A stretch of DNA of 64,000 bases. Origin: Thermoplasmata archaeon (lineage in GTDB: Archaea; Thermoplasmatota; Thermoplasmata; Thermoplasmatales; Thermoplasmataceae). Numbering within the stretch: position 1 is the stretch's first letter; every line of letters begins with the position of its first letter. Where the stretch lies: positions 45,318-109,317 of the forward strand of contig JAKADM010000004.1 of assembly GCA_021820525.1 (NCBI GenBank). The letters are read 5' to 3'. Both the position numbers and the translations under genes were made by a program. The notes under the pieces are model-generated. The model saw only the letters and a list, made by a program, of their open reading frames with translations, did no database searches and was not told the origin of the DNA. Positions 1 to 9,969 of this stretch are shown piece by piece.

Positions 1-394
1 CGATAAGCCAAAGTCTTCTATCAAGAAATTTTTTCTAAGTGAGGTATGCTCTTTCGATTTTAGCGTAAATATCAACAATCTGAGATATCGCGGTTTCATT
101 CTTTCTGGATCTTATTATATGTCCTAGGAAAACTCAAAGGTCTCAATCAAGGTCGAAATGATCTGCACATCTTAATATTCATTGAAATAGGCATATTTCT
201 CTTATCATGGACAAAATATATATCTAAAATATGTTTCAGCGCACTTCAACAAATTTATTAAAGAATCTATTAGTAAAAGTTAATTAAAACTCTTTTCCAT
301 ATCAAAATATCATTGAAATTTCATAAAAATCAGTTTTTAGAGATTTTGAAAAAATCTGTAACATCTCTTTTGGTTGCACTCTGGCTGATGGCTA

Positions 395-717
395 AAATCT
401 AGGTTAGAGTACATATAGGAACACGTTTAGGAGAAAAATGTCAATATTGAATCATTTCACAACAGAATTAATTAAGATTACGTTAAGCATAATGAACTTA
501 GGGATTTTCATGACGTCTCTATAGAGATATGAAAGACATTTACCGACACAATGAAAGTAGACCTCATTTATCGATTAATTAATTCCATTGATAGGAGTTT
601 AGGAGGGATCTTTTGGATTAATCGGCATTTAGAGAAGGAATGAAAAAGAGAGATGTTGTGAGTCGGGACTAAATAGATAATTAAGAAAAGTGTTCCATAT
701 TCTGCTGGGGCAGATAA
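395..717 (+). mobile_element. Decayed IS3-family remnant (integrase C-terminal part plus right terminal repeat)
   Basis: DNA resembles 10830-11150 (e.g. attgaatcatt, gaacttagggattt). 685-714 matches 11119-11148 at 28/30 nt. No open frame is left and the left boundary is approximate. Confidence 0.75.
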
Positions 718-1742
718 GAGTGATAATAGTTAATTATACCCGTTCTAAATTTTTCAACTGAAAATTTCTTTATTACACCTTTAATTTTGCTGTATTCAAA
801 TAATTCTGAATTAGAAACATCTTTTATTTTATTTACCGCGTCCCGCACATTATCAGGGTCAAAATAATTTCCAAAACTTTCTGCGATTTCTCTATGCACA
901 GGTATGTCTGAGATAACGACCGGTAAACCAGATTTCATTGCCTCAACCACAGGATAACCAAACCCCTCATCAATCGACGTAGATATAAAAATATTGCAGG
1001 CGTTGTAGATTTCATTCATCTCCACCTCATTTTTTGGGAAAAGATGAATTGCATTTTCAATTCCTGGTCCTATTCTGACTAAGCGATAATTATCATCAAG
1101 CCTATCCATTACCCGAGTCTGTGCCTTAAGATTCTTTCTTGGTATATCTGTGGATACTGAAAGGATTAAAATCTTATCCAGAGGTAGTGAATATTTCTCT
1201 CTCAACTCTTTCATTTTGAATAGCGGATGGAAATTATCGCTGACATATGGATATATGGTCTTAACTTTACCTCTCACACCCAATTTTTCAATTTGGTCAG
1301 CTATGTATTTGCTATTGGTAAGTATATTATCAAATTTTAAATAAACTTTGTAAAAATGATTTATTATTTTCATTTCCACGCTTTCATTAGGATTCAAAAT
1401 AGGATACACATCATGAATTGTTACTACATTATCCTCGCTCTTGATAATCGGTAATACGTGAGGTGATATGATGTGTACAATTGTTCCCTTCCTTTTTTCT
1501 TCATTTACATAATTGACAAAATTTTTGAATGCCATCTTCGGAAATAAGGAGTTTAAATTTAATATGGACGAACCGTAGTGAAAACTACCTTCAATCATTT
1601 CTCCGTAAGGATACTTACCATGAGTTGTTCGAAATTTCAAAAAATATATTCTTGAAAATTCCTCTATTGACTTGAATGTGTTAATGGCATATTTATTAAT
1701 TCCCGTTGAAGCATTGCCCTGACTAATCAGAATGACTTTCAT
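681..1742 (-). CDS. Glycosyltransferase family 4 (GT-B, retaining)
   Basis: TIHD, PRKN, EGFGYPVVEAM and SDIP motifs. Confidence 0.92.
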   Translation of the reverse strand: MKVILISQGNASTGINKYAINTFKSIEEFSRIYFLKFRTTHGKYPYGEMIEGSFHYGSSILNLNSLFPKMAFKNFVNYVNEEKRKGTIVHIISPHVLPIIKSEDNVVTIHDVYPILNPNESVEMKIINHFYKVYLKFDNILTNSKYIADQIEKLGVRGKVKTIYPYVSDNFHPLFKMKELREKYSLPLDKILILSVSTDIPRKNLKAQTRVMDRLDDNYRLVRIGPGIENAIHLFPKNEVEMNEIYNACNIFISTSIDEGFGYPVVEAMKSGLPVVISDIPVHREIAESFGNYFDPDNVRDAVNKIKDVSNSELFEYSKIKGVIKKFSVEKFRTGIINYYHSYLPQQNMEHFS

Positions 1743-2077
1743 CTTAAATTACCTTAATTCGTTTTTCAATAGATCCAAACTGACCCCTGTATCATTTTTG
1801 ATTATTTTATTCTAATAGTTAAAAGTCTTCATTTTTATGACATGCATTTCTAAATATACTCCATATTTTATGTTGATATGTTATTAAAAATTCAAATAAT
1901 TGACGATTGATGAATACTGAATCAATTATCTATAATTCATCAACATCGCCCTCAGAATATTGAAATCAATTTGTTAGGTTGCAGATGATCTTATTGCAAA
2001 AATGTTATGAAGATTGAGTCATAAAGACAATCCGTCTTAAGGAATCCCTGCTTTGATTATGTTCCATTCAATTTACA

Positions 2078-3193
2078 TTAATTCTTCTTTTGATTATATT
2101 TTACTGTATTTAGAAATTTTCTATCATTTTCCTTATTAAAATTTATTAAACTCATCCACATTTCAGTAGTTTCGTCCCATGAAAAATTTTCTGCAAAGGA
2201 CCTGGAATTATCTGCATATATTTTTTCATTATCAATTATTGTCAAAATTCTATTTTTAAACTCCTCTAGTTTCTCAACTGTAAAACCATTGTAACCATCC
2301 TTTATTGTTTCAACTACACCTGGAACCTTAAACGCTACAGTTGGTGTCCCAGAGGCTGAGGATTCCAATATGGAATACCCCCATCCCTCTGTTACAGAAA
2401 AATGAAGATTTACCCATGATTCCCTTATGAGTTTAGCCAGTTCTTCATCCTTTACCTTTCCAGTAAATTGAATGTTATAATTCTTATTCTTAACCTGTTC
2501 CATTATGGATTTAAGCATGGGTCCTTGCCCGGTAACAATCAATTTCAATCCTTTTATATCCTTATAAAGATCTTCATAGACCTTTATTGAGAGGTCTGGT
2601 CTTTTATATTTTCTCAGACCTCCAAAATAAATTAACTGAACATTTTCTTTCTTTATCCCCGGATAAAATCTTTCAAGATCAACCCCGGGTGGAATTTTAA
2701 ATATATTTTCTTTCTTTATCCCAAGGTTGATTAAATCGGCCTCAGACGTATAAGACTCAGTAACAAAGATGTTTTTTTTGTAGAAAAATGGGTACATCTT
2801 CTCCATTATTTTTATTATTTTTTCCTCGATAAAATTTACCTGACCTGGAAGGGATCTTGCGTGAAGATGCCTGAAGAAAACTATAACCTGTCTTTTGGTA
2901 AACCATGGAGATAGCCACGGAATTCCGTGAGCAAGGTCATCAATTATGACGTCAGGGTTTATCTTCCTAATATAAAATGGAAGGAGAAAATGAATCCTAA
3001 AATTACCCCGAACCCTCATGTAGTTTATTCCTTCTATAACCTCTCTTTCCTTAAGTTCGCCATTATTGACACTCAGAACATTGATTTCTATTCCTTTTTT
3101 AACAAATCTCTTTCCAACCTCAAATATTGTTCTTTCCGCCCCTCCTGCCTTTGGGTGCTTAATGTCGCGGTGGTTGATCCAGAGTATTTTCAA
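2078..3193 (-). CDS. Glycosyltransferase family 4 (TTG start)
   Basis: HPKAGGAE N-terminus, KYKR, EGWGYSILESSASGTP. Confidence 0.93.
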   Translation of the reverse strand: MKILWINHRDIKHPKAGGAERTIFEVGKRFVKKGIEINVLSVNNGELKEREVIEGINYMRVRGNFRIHFLLPFYIRKINPDVIIDDLAHGIPWLSPWFTKRQVIVFFRHLHARSLPGQVNFIEEKIIKIMEKMYPFFYKKNIFVTESYTSEADLINLGIKKENIFKIPPGVDLERFYPGIKKENVQLIYFGGLRKYKRPDLSIKVYEDLYKDIKGLKLIVTGQGPMLKSIMEQVKNKNYNIQFTGKVKDEELAKLIRESWVNLHFSVTEGWGYSILESSASGTPTVAFKVPGVVETIKDGYNGFTVEKLEEFKNRILTIIDNEKIYADNSRSFAENFSWDETTEMWMSLINFNKENDRKFLNTVKYNQKKN

Positions 3194-3259
3194 CTGATGG
3201 TGATAACTGGTTATCTAATTAAGATTTCGAGAATTTTTCCAACACTATAGTTTATCTTA

Positions 3260-5883
3260 GATAGCGTACATGATTTGCTGTAATTTCGAAAAGATCCTGT
3301 ACAACCCTTATCTTCCTCCATGTTAATATATTTTCTTCCAGTGATCCATTCCTCATTAATATCCATCATCATTGTCACTACAGGTCTCAGTAGTGACTGT
3401 TCTTATGGAAATGTACCTATCTTCTTCGTTCTCCTCTTGAATTGTTGGTAATGCTTATTCAGCACTAATGTGCTCCCTTTATCACTTGGGTACTTATAAT
3501 AGAGATAACACACTGTTAAAGATATATAAGGAGGAGTCCAGAGGGGGTTTTACGAACCTCATGTGCGCTCCAGGAGATAGGGTGATCTGACATGGCAGAT
3601 TAATACACTGTTGAGCAGAAGATACAGATAGTGATTGAATAACTTTCAGCAACAAACATTGCTGAGCTGTGCAGAAGACATGGAATATATGTTGTACAGC
3701 TTAACAGATAGAAGGAGAAGTTCATTGATGGTGAAAGCAGTGCACTGGGTGAATCATCAAGGGGAAATACATACCAGAAGGAGATAGATGATCTCAAGAG
3801 ACTGGTGGGTGATCAGGCACTTGTAATGGATGCTTTAAAAAAAAGTCGACAGGAGAGGCAATAAGGATGACTGTTGACATTCTAAAGAAAGAGATACCCA
3901 TTACACGTATATCCAGTACAATGGGTATTCCAGGGTCAACAATCTATTAATCTGGGATAGGGAGATCAGGAAGGAGAAAAACACGAATATCGAAAACATT
4001 GAATCTGAAATAATCGGAATCTCAGCAGAAAGGACAACGTATCGATACAGAAGTATGTGGGCTATTCTACGTAATTCAAATATTCATGTAAACATAAAAA
4101 CCGTGAGGAGGATCATGAGAAGGAACAATCTTACACTGCCATATGCAAAACATAAGAACAGAACGAGAAAGATCCCACAAAGCCTGAGAACATAAACAGC
4201 TTATGGGAAACCCATATACATTATGTAAGCACAAAAAGAGAAGGAATGCCATATCTCATGTCAATAAAGGATTGTTTCAGCAAAAAATGGATTTCCTATG
4301 AGTTCTCAAGGACATGCACAGCAAGGGACTGCATCAGGGCAGTTGAGAAGGCCTGTGCCATCAGGTTACCTGATGGAAACCCACATGATCTCATTCTCAG
4401 AACGGACAATGGACCACAGTACGTATCAGAAGTGTTCAAGAACACAGTGAAGATTCTTGGAATAAGATCTGAATATACCCAGAAATATATGCCTGAAGAC
4501 AACGGGGATATTGAATCATTTCATAATTCACTCAAAACTGATTACATATGGATCACCGAACTGGAAACATTTGAGGATGCTAAGAAACTCATGGAATATG
4601 TATTCAATGATTACAATAGTGTGAGGTCGCATTCATCCATTGATTATCTTCCCCCGGATGAATTTGAAAGGAGACTGCGTGAGGAAGATGGCTTCAGGGA
4701 TAAATTCCTGGAGAACAGGAAAATAAAGAAGGAGAAAAGAATGAAAAACAGAATTGAAGAGAAAAGGAGGTTGAAGGAAAATGTCTCATTGGGAGCAGAA
4801 AAAAGTTTCCAAAATTCAGGGGACTCAGATCAACCACCTTTGTTGTTCTCAATCTCTTCTGGCATAATTCACTGTATGATCCGTAGCTGTACAGTGAAGG
4901 ATACCATCTCTCTAAAATTTCAGATGCCTTATCCAGTCCTTCCCCTTAACAAGAATATCCTTTGCTGTTGGTGCCAGTGATTCATTCTCCAACGCTTGTT
5001 TAACGATCTGCATGGCAGACAACTGCTTCTTCTTCGGTATGAGTTTCATGAGATTCCTCAAGAAATGGACATGACCTTACTGCCGTGTTACACCTAAAAA
5101 GGATCTTGCAACTGATTCCTGTATTCCTTTGTGGCCATATGATACCACAAGTTCAATTCCATGAAGGCCCCTATTCTTCAGATCACCAAGGAATGATTCC
5201 CATTCAATCTCGTTCTCTGATTCACAGAGCTTGCATGACAGTATCTCCCTTCTTCCTTCAGAATATATGCCAATGCACACTTACAGTGTCTTATTCCTAT
5301 ATCTCCCATCTTCACGTACCTTGAAGTATGTTGTATCTATGTATATGATTTTCATTGTTCTGTCTATCTTCCTTTCAATGAATGATCTTACTTTCTCATC
5401 TAATTCAGATGCAAGTGCTGAGACATATGATGCTGATATATTCTAAACACCAAGAGATTCCACAACATTCATGACATTTCTTGTGGAAAAACTATGTATG
5501 ACGATTCAAGTATGACTGAATTCAACGCATTCTCAACATTTGAATACCTCTCAAATACTTGGGCTATGAATGAAAACTCCATTATCTGTGGTTTCTCGAG
5601 TTCAAGTTTTCCGTCTGTTGTTTTCAGTGTTCTTGAACCATTTCTGTATCCCTTTCTCTCCTCTGATCTTTCATATGGAAGAGAAGATACCTTTGTTCTT
5701 GCCTTCTCTTCTATTACATTGTTGAGAAACCATTCCATGAGTTTCCTCTTTCCATCCTGCTGTCCTTCAGGAAAATACTTGTTATTTATTTCACAGCGTC
5801 TAAATGGCCCTGTATATTTCAATCTCTTTAACTCTGAATTGTGCAGGTTCATTTCAATTTTACAGCAGACTCAGTACACTATG
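3260..5883 (-). mobile_element. Decayed IS256-family element interrupted by an IS3
   Basis: Imperfect terminal IRs: gatagcgtacatgatttgctgtaa (3260) versus the reverse complement of ttacagcagactcagtacactatg (5883). Transposase fragments YERSEERKGYRNG (5469-5852), FLGDLKNRGLHG (5077-5280), RLRTT and FKRRTKKIGTFP carry stops and frameshifts. Confidence 0.88.
3466..4832 (+). mobile_element. Decayed IS3-family element (orfA/orfB) inserted into the IS256
   Basis: orfA from ATG 3592 (IAELCRRHGI) has in-frame stops. Slippery run TTAAAAAAAAG near 3835-3846. rve core RTDNGPQY / IESFHNSLKTD in ORF 4246-4980. Ends in ...cagatCA and is flanked by agcac / accac. Confidence 0.88.
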
Positions 5884-5968
5884 GGATATTATTATTGAAT
5901 TGATGAGAGCAGGGAAATGCTTCAGGATCATTATCCTTCATGATTACACAACATTTGGGACTCTATGT

Positions 5969-6931
5969 CTATTTTTCCTTACTGGATATTTTATCTTTAA
6001 TAAAACCTATTATTTCTTCAATTAAAATTTCTTGATTATTAATCTCGATAAAAAATTCTTTTATTTCACCAAAAAGCTCATCTTTTTTAGATTCGAACAG
6101 AAAATCATTAGGACAATCCTTTGAATAAATTACAATATTTATAGAATTTGGCAAGAAAGACACCAAATCTGAGACCCCACTTCTTGCGCTTATAGAAAAA
6201 CCAGCAAAATTTATAATGGTCAAAAGAGCAGATGGTTCCGTAAAAAAATTCCTAAAACCCTTCCTTTGCCAAAATGGGTTGTCGCTGTTAATTATCGGGC
6301 AAATTCCTTCTTTGGATAAATTCTCATAAATTCTTTCAATAAATGAAGTATCAATGGGAGACATGCTTTTGCTGTCAGGTGAAATAATTACTGATTTTCC
6401 TTTTTGAATTTTCATTTTTTCAATCAATTCTTGAAATGAAGATATTTCCGGTAGATCTTTTTCCTCTATTCTTTTCAACTGTAATTTTTGATTGAGACCA
6501 AATGTTTTCTCATATCTAATATACATATTAGACCAGATTTCTTTTCTTGAAACCTTAAAGAATTGCAATACTCCCGGTAAGGAAAAGTAAACATTATTTC
6601 TAAAAGTGAAATTCATTATGTTCAAAAAAATTTGCTTTAGACCCTCTTCTACAGTGTTTTTAAAACTTGGTATTTTGTAAGCGATAGAGTCAAGGCCAAA
6701 TATCTTTGGAATTTTTTCATATTGTGGTTTCGTTATTATACATATATTCACATTAGTTACTTCTTTAAAACTTTTGGCGTAGCTGCAAGCTATGGCAGTA
6801 TCTCCCAAATGATGATTACATATTAGATATTTTGGATATCTCTTATTCTCGCTAATAAATCTCTCAAGTGAGATTAATTGTATACAATCGTGAATGAAAT
6901 TTTTCATTTCTTCCCTTAGTCTTATCTTCAT
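5969..6931 (-). CDS. Putative GT-B glycosyltransferase, GT9 (heptosyltransferase)-like
   Basis: N-terminal HHLGDTAIAC and C-terminal ISARSGVSDLV resemble the GT9 LGD and D-S/T-G motifs. Last gene of the sugar operon. Confidence 0.55.
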   Translation of the reverse strand: MKIRLREEMKNFIHDCIQLISLERFISENKRYPKYLICNHHLGDTAIACSYAKSFKEVTNVNICIITKPQYEKIPKIFGLDSIAYKIPSFKNTVEEGLKQIFLNIMNFTFRNNVYFSLPGVLQFFKVSRKEIWSNMYIRYEKTFGLNQKLQLKRIEEKDLPEISSFQELIEKMKIQKGKSVIISPDSKSMSPIDTSFIERIYENLSKEGICPIINSDNPFWQRKGFRNFFTEPSALLTIINFAGFSISARSGVSDLVSFLPNSINIVIYSKDCPNDFLFESKKDELFGEIKEFFIEINNQEILIEEIIGFIKDKISSKEK

Positions 6932-7305
6932 TTTATCACATTTTTGATTTCATTCTCGTCTAATCCGCTGTTTCTCTTTAAATTTATAGAGTAAGCAGTT
7001 ATCATTTCGTTGTTCTTTTTATCATTTATTAATACCCTAACACCTGTATTTAATTCCATAAGAAGAACCTTATAGTTAATTCCCGCTTTATTAAGAGAAT
7101 ATTCAGTTATCTCCCTGTAAATTTCTTTACGGGCAGTGCATAGTATCACAATGTCACCTTTTGGAATCTTCTTAAAGAAATTCAATACGCCTGGTAAAGG
7201 CTTTTCAAAGCCACCCTCAGGAAGATTCAAGTATCCGTTATGTGGGAATATAACTCCATCTATATCTATAAACCATGTCTTCGGTAGGTCTAAATCAGTA
7301 CTCAT
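6928..7305 (-). CDS. Small capless HAD-family phosphatase
   Basis: FIDIDGVI (DxD), CTAR and INDK motifs. Overlaps both neighbours. Confidence 0.85.
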   Translation of the reverse strand: MSTDLDLPKTWFIDIDGVIFPHNGYLNLPEGGFEKPLPGVLNFFKKIPKGDIVILCTARKEIYREITEYSLNKAGINYKVLLMELNTGVRVLINDKKNNEMITAYSINLKRNSGLDENEIKNVIK

Positions 7306-8809
7306 TTAAAGCACACTCAAGGTAATAAAGCCCTAAAAAATAAGATGCTAGGATAGAATCGTAATCGTTAAGGACATATCCTGATAGAGATAACCAAATC
7401 ATAGAATGTAATATCTTTATGTCTTTATAGATATCTTTAAAAGTGTCTTTAAAAAAGTCATCGGTGATCTCAAATTTTGATGAAACAATATCAATATTTA
7501 CTTCTGGGAGATTCAATTCCAACTTAAAATTTCCATTATTAAATTGATCATAATTTCCAACCGCCGAATAATATAATTTGGCAAAATCATACCTAGAATC
7601 TCCAAATATTTTTGTTTTTCCGAAGTACCCTCTTGGGTCAATAAATTTAATATCTCCATTTTTAGTAACTATAGTATTTGAAAATGTCGGATCTCCGTGA
7701 ATGGGATAGAAATAATTTATAGGAGTAAGTTTTTTAAACATTTCATTCATTATTTCCCTTGAATCTTTGGACAAAAACTGGACTCTTTTTCCATTGATTT
7801 TGAACTTCATATCTGACTTATTTTTTAATATCATGGTGGCTGGTTCTATCCTCTTTAGAGTTTTTTCAACGTAAACATCATACAAATCCTCATTCTTTTT
7901 CGATGTTTTATCCAAAGAATGAATTTGTTTTAATTTTTCCATAATATTTTTAACTATCTCTATTTTTTCATTTTCTTTAAAATTTCCCATCTGATAGGGA
8001 TGCATTCCATCAATTCTCTCCATTTGAAGTGGTTCATAGGTAAATATTTTCGGCACACCATCATAATTCCGTTGATTCATGAATTTGTACCATTCAACTT
8101 CAAGTTCGATAAGTTTTTTAAATTCAGGATCTGAATAAGTTTTAGTAACCTTGTCATTTTCTATTATAACACTGTTAAAGAATCTTGAGTTTGAGAAGCG
8201 TGATTTAAATTCGATATACTTTTCTAAAGTACCGATCTCCACAATAGAATCTATTGTTAAAGATTCCATTTTTATTTCAGTAGATGCAAGAAACTTAACA
8301 AACTCCCCACTATCTGGAACTTTACCCAGAATTTTCTTGTTTTCAAAAATAAATAACCCTATTACACCATTTTTAGAACTCAGGCTTTCAATGAATCTTC
8401 CATCTTCGAATCTGTATCTACATTTTTCAGTGTTAGAAACACACACGTAGTTTCCGCTTGGTTCTGGTAATTTTAGAACAGATTGATAATATAAATCTGA
8501 CCAAGAAACCGCAATACGCTCATTCTCTGGAATGAATTCTAGAGCCTCATTAATGCCTGCGTTTGTACCTATACCTTTTGATTTAATTAGCGTAAATTCA
8601 AAGCCCGGATCAACCGATTCTAAATAACCCTTTAAGGCCTCAAATTTATAATCTCCAATAATATATAATCTAGCTCCAGGAAATGCTGCTGCAACTGTCT
8701 TGAGCAGATTCGTTCCATATAAAGATATCAGGCATTTTGGCCGATTATTTGTTAGATATCCCATTCTTGAACCCTTTCCCCCGGCTTGAATTATTACGTT
8801 TTTTATCAA
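7295..8809 (-). CDS. Fusion of sugar-phosphate nucleotidyltransferase and APH/choline-kinase-like phosphotransferase
   Basis: N-terminal QAGGKGSRM..RPKCL; C-terminal HGDPTFSN, FIDPRG, YDFAKL. Confidence 0.88.
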   Translation of the reverse strand: MIKNVIIQAGGKGSRMGYLTNNRPKCLISLYGTNLLKTVAAAFPGARLYIIGDYKFEALKGYLESVDPGFEFTLIKSKGIGTNAGINEALEFIPENERIAVSWSDLYYQSVLKLPEPSGNYVCVSNTEKCRYRFEDGRFIESLSSKNGVIGLFIFENKKILGKVPDSGEFVKFLASTEIKMESLTIDSIVEIGTLEKYIEFKSRFSNSRFFNSVIIENDKVTKTYSDPEFKKLIELEVEWYKFMNQRNYDGVPKIFTYEPLQMERIDGMHPYQMGNFKENEKIEIVKNIMEKLKQIHSLDKTSKKNEDLYDVYVEKTLKRIEPATMILKNKSDMKFKINGKRVQFLSKDSREIMNEMFKKLTPINYFYPIHGDPTFSNTIVTKNGDIKFIDPRGYFGKTKIFGDSRYDFAKLYYSAVGNYDQFNNGNFKLELNLPEVNIDIVSSKFEITDDFFKDTFKDIYKDIKILHSMIWLSLSGYVLNDYDSILASYFLGLYYLECALNEY

Positions 8810-8812
8810 AAT

Positions 8813-9394
8813 TCACACCTCAGTTTTTCCAAGTTCTCCTCCTGGATGATTTCTAACAAAATCCTTCTTTCCATATCCTCTTCTATAACTAATTTCTACG
8901 GCTATTGCGTCTAAAACTGCTCCGAATAACATATTAGATGCAATAGGGGCCAAGTTGAATTGATCCCCTTCTTGTTTTATTTCGACTAGGATCAGTAATT
9001 CAGACAATTCAGATAACTGAGAAATCTTGTTGGCAGAGACACCTATTATGTTTTTAAACCCTCTACTTCTTAAATTTTTTAGAAAAACAATAAGCTCAGA
9101 GGTATTACCGCTCTTCGAAAGCGCTATGACAACGTCATTATCTGTAAATATACCCATACTTCCGTGTAATGTGTGAACTGGGTCGATGAATATACTCCTG
9201 ATACCCAAAGAGTCGAATGTTGACGCTATTCTTGAAGACATATACATATTCTTTCCGACCCCTGTGAAATAACATACACCTCTTGCGTTATTAATAATAC
9301 GGATAGCTTTTTCTACTGTTTCAAATAGTTCTGTCTGTACAAATAAATTTTCAAAGCTTTCTAACTGCAATCTTAAGCTATCTTTAAAATCCAT
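8813..9394 (-). CDS. SIS-domain sugar-phosphate isomerase, KdsD/KpsF/GutQ-like (no CBS domains)
   Basis: TGVGKN, HGSMG, SKSGNTSE, NLAP and HPGGELG motifs. Confidence 0.85.
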   Translation of the reverse strand: MDFKDSLRLQLESFENLFVQTELFETVEKAIRIINNARGVCYFTGVGKNMYMSSRIASTFDSLGIRSIFIDPVHTLHGSMGIFTDNDVVIALSKSGNTSELIVFLKNLRSRGFKNIIGVSANKISQLSELSELLILVEIKQEGDQFNLAPIASNMLFGAVLDAIAVEISYRRGYGKKDFVRNHPGGELGKTEV

Positions 9395-9436
9395 GTTTAG
9401 ATCCCTTAATTGGGGATAGTAATATCTTTTAATATT

Positions 9437-9965
9437 TCAAGATTTCTGAATCCCTCCCACATATTTCCTGTTCATCTCCTTTAGTGTAATATATCCTGCG
9501 TAACTGTGCAGCCTCTCCTTGTTATAGAAATCCACATGCCTTCCAATTGAGGATTTCGCCTCCTCAAAGTTTTCAAACACAAATATACTTATTACTTCTA
9601 TTTCCAGGATCGAGTTGAATGATTCTATGTGTGCCTCATCCTTTGGAGTTTTAGGAAGTATCCTTTCATGACGTATGTTCATCATTGAGAGGAATTTCTC
9701 AACAGTATTGCATACAAACCGTGTTCCGTTGTCTCTTCTCATGCTTATCCCTGAAATACTTTCCAGGCCTCTCTGATCAAACGCGATCATCATTGTCTCC
9801 TTAACATCTTTTCCAACGCAGTGGTATTCAATGTAATAGGCAAAGATTTCCCTGCCGTAGCAGTCGATCATGGCAAGAAGATAGGTATTCCTTGATGCTC
9901 CATGAATCCAAACATACTTTATGTCGAATTCCCGCACCTGACCCGGTTCTATGACATCAACATCA
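9437..9965 (-). mobile_element. IS3-family integrase fragment, 5'-truncated
   Basis: DIKYVW, RDNGTRF, AHIESFNS and YNKERLHS motifs. No orfA or left end. Confidence 0.85.
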
Positions 9966-9969
9966 GATG

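Noticed and set aside
1-99. Open minus-strand frame from ATG 99 running off the left edge
   Set aside because: Only 33 codons, no motif; cannot be told from chance
1895-1943. TGATGA-ATA-CTGA (C/D-like) plus a 9-bp inverted repeat
   Set aside because: Kink-turn geometry is imperfect, there are no guide regions, and the context is very AT-rich
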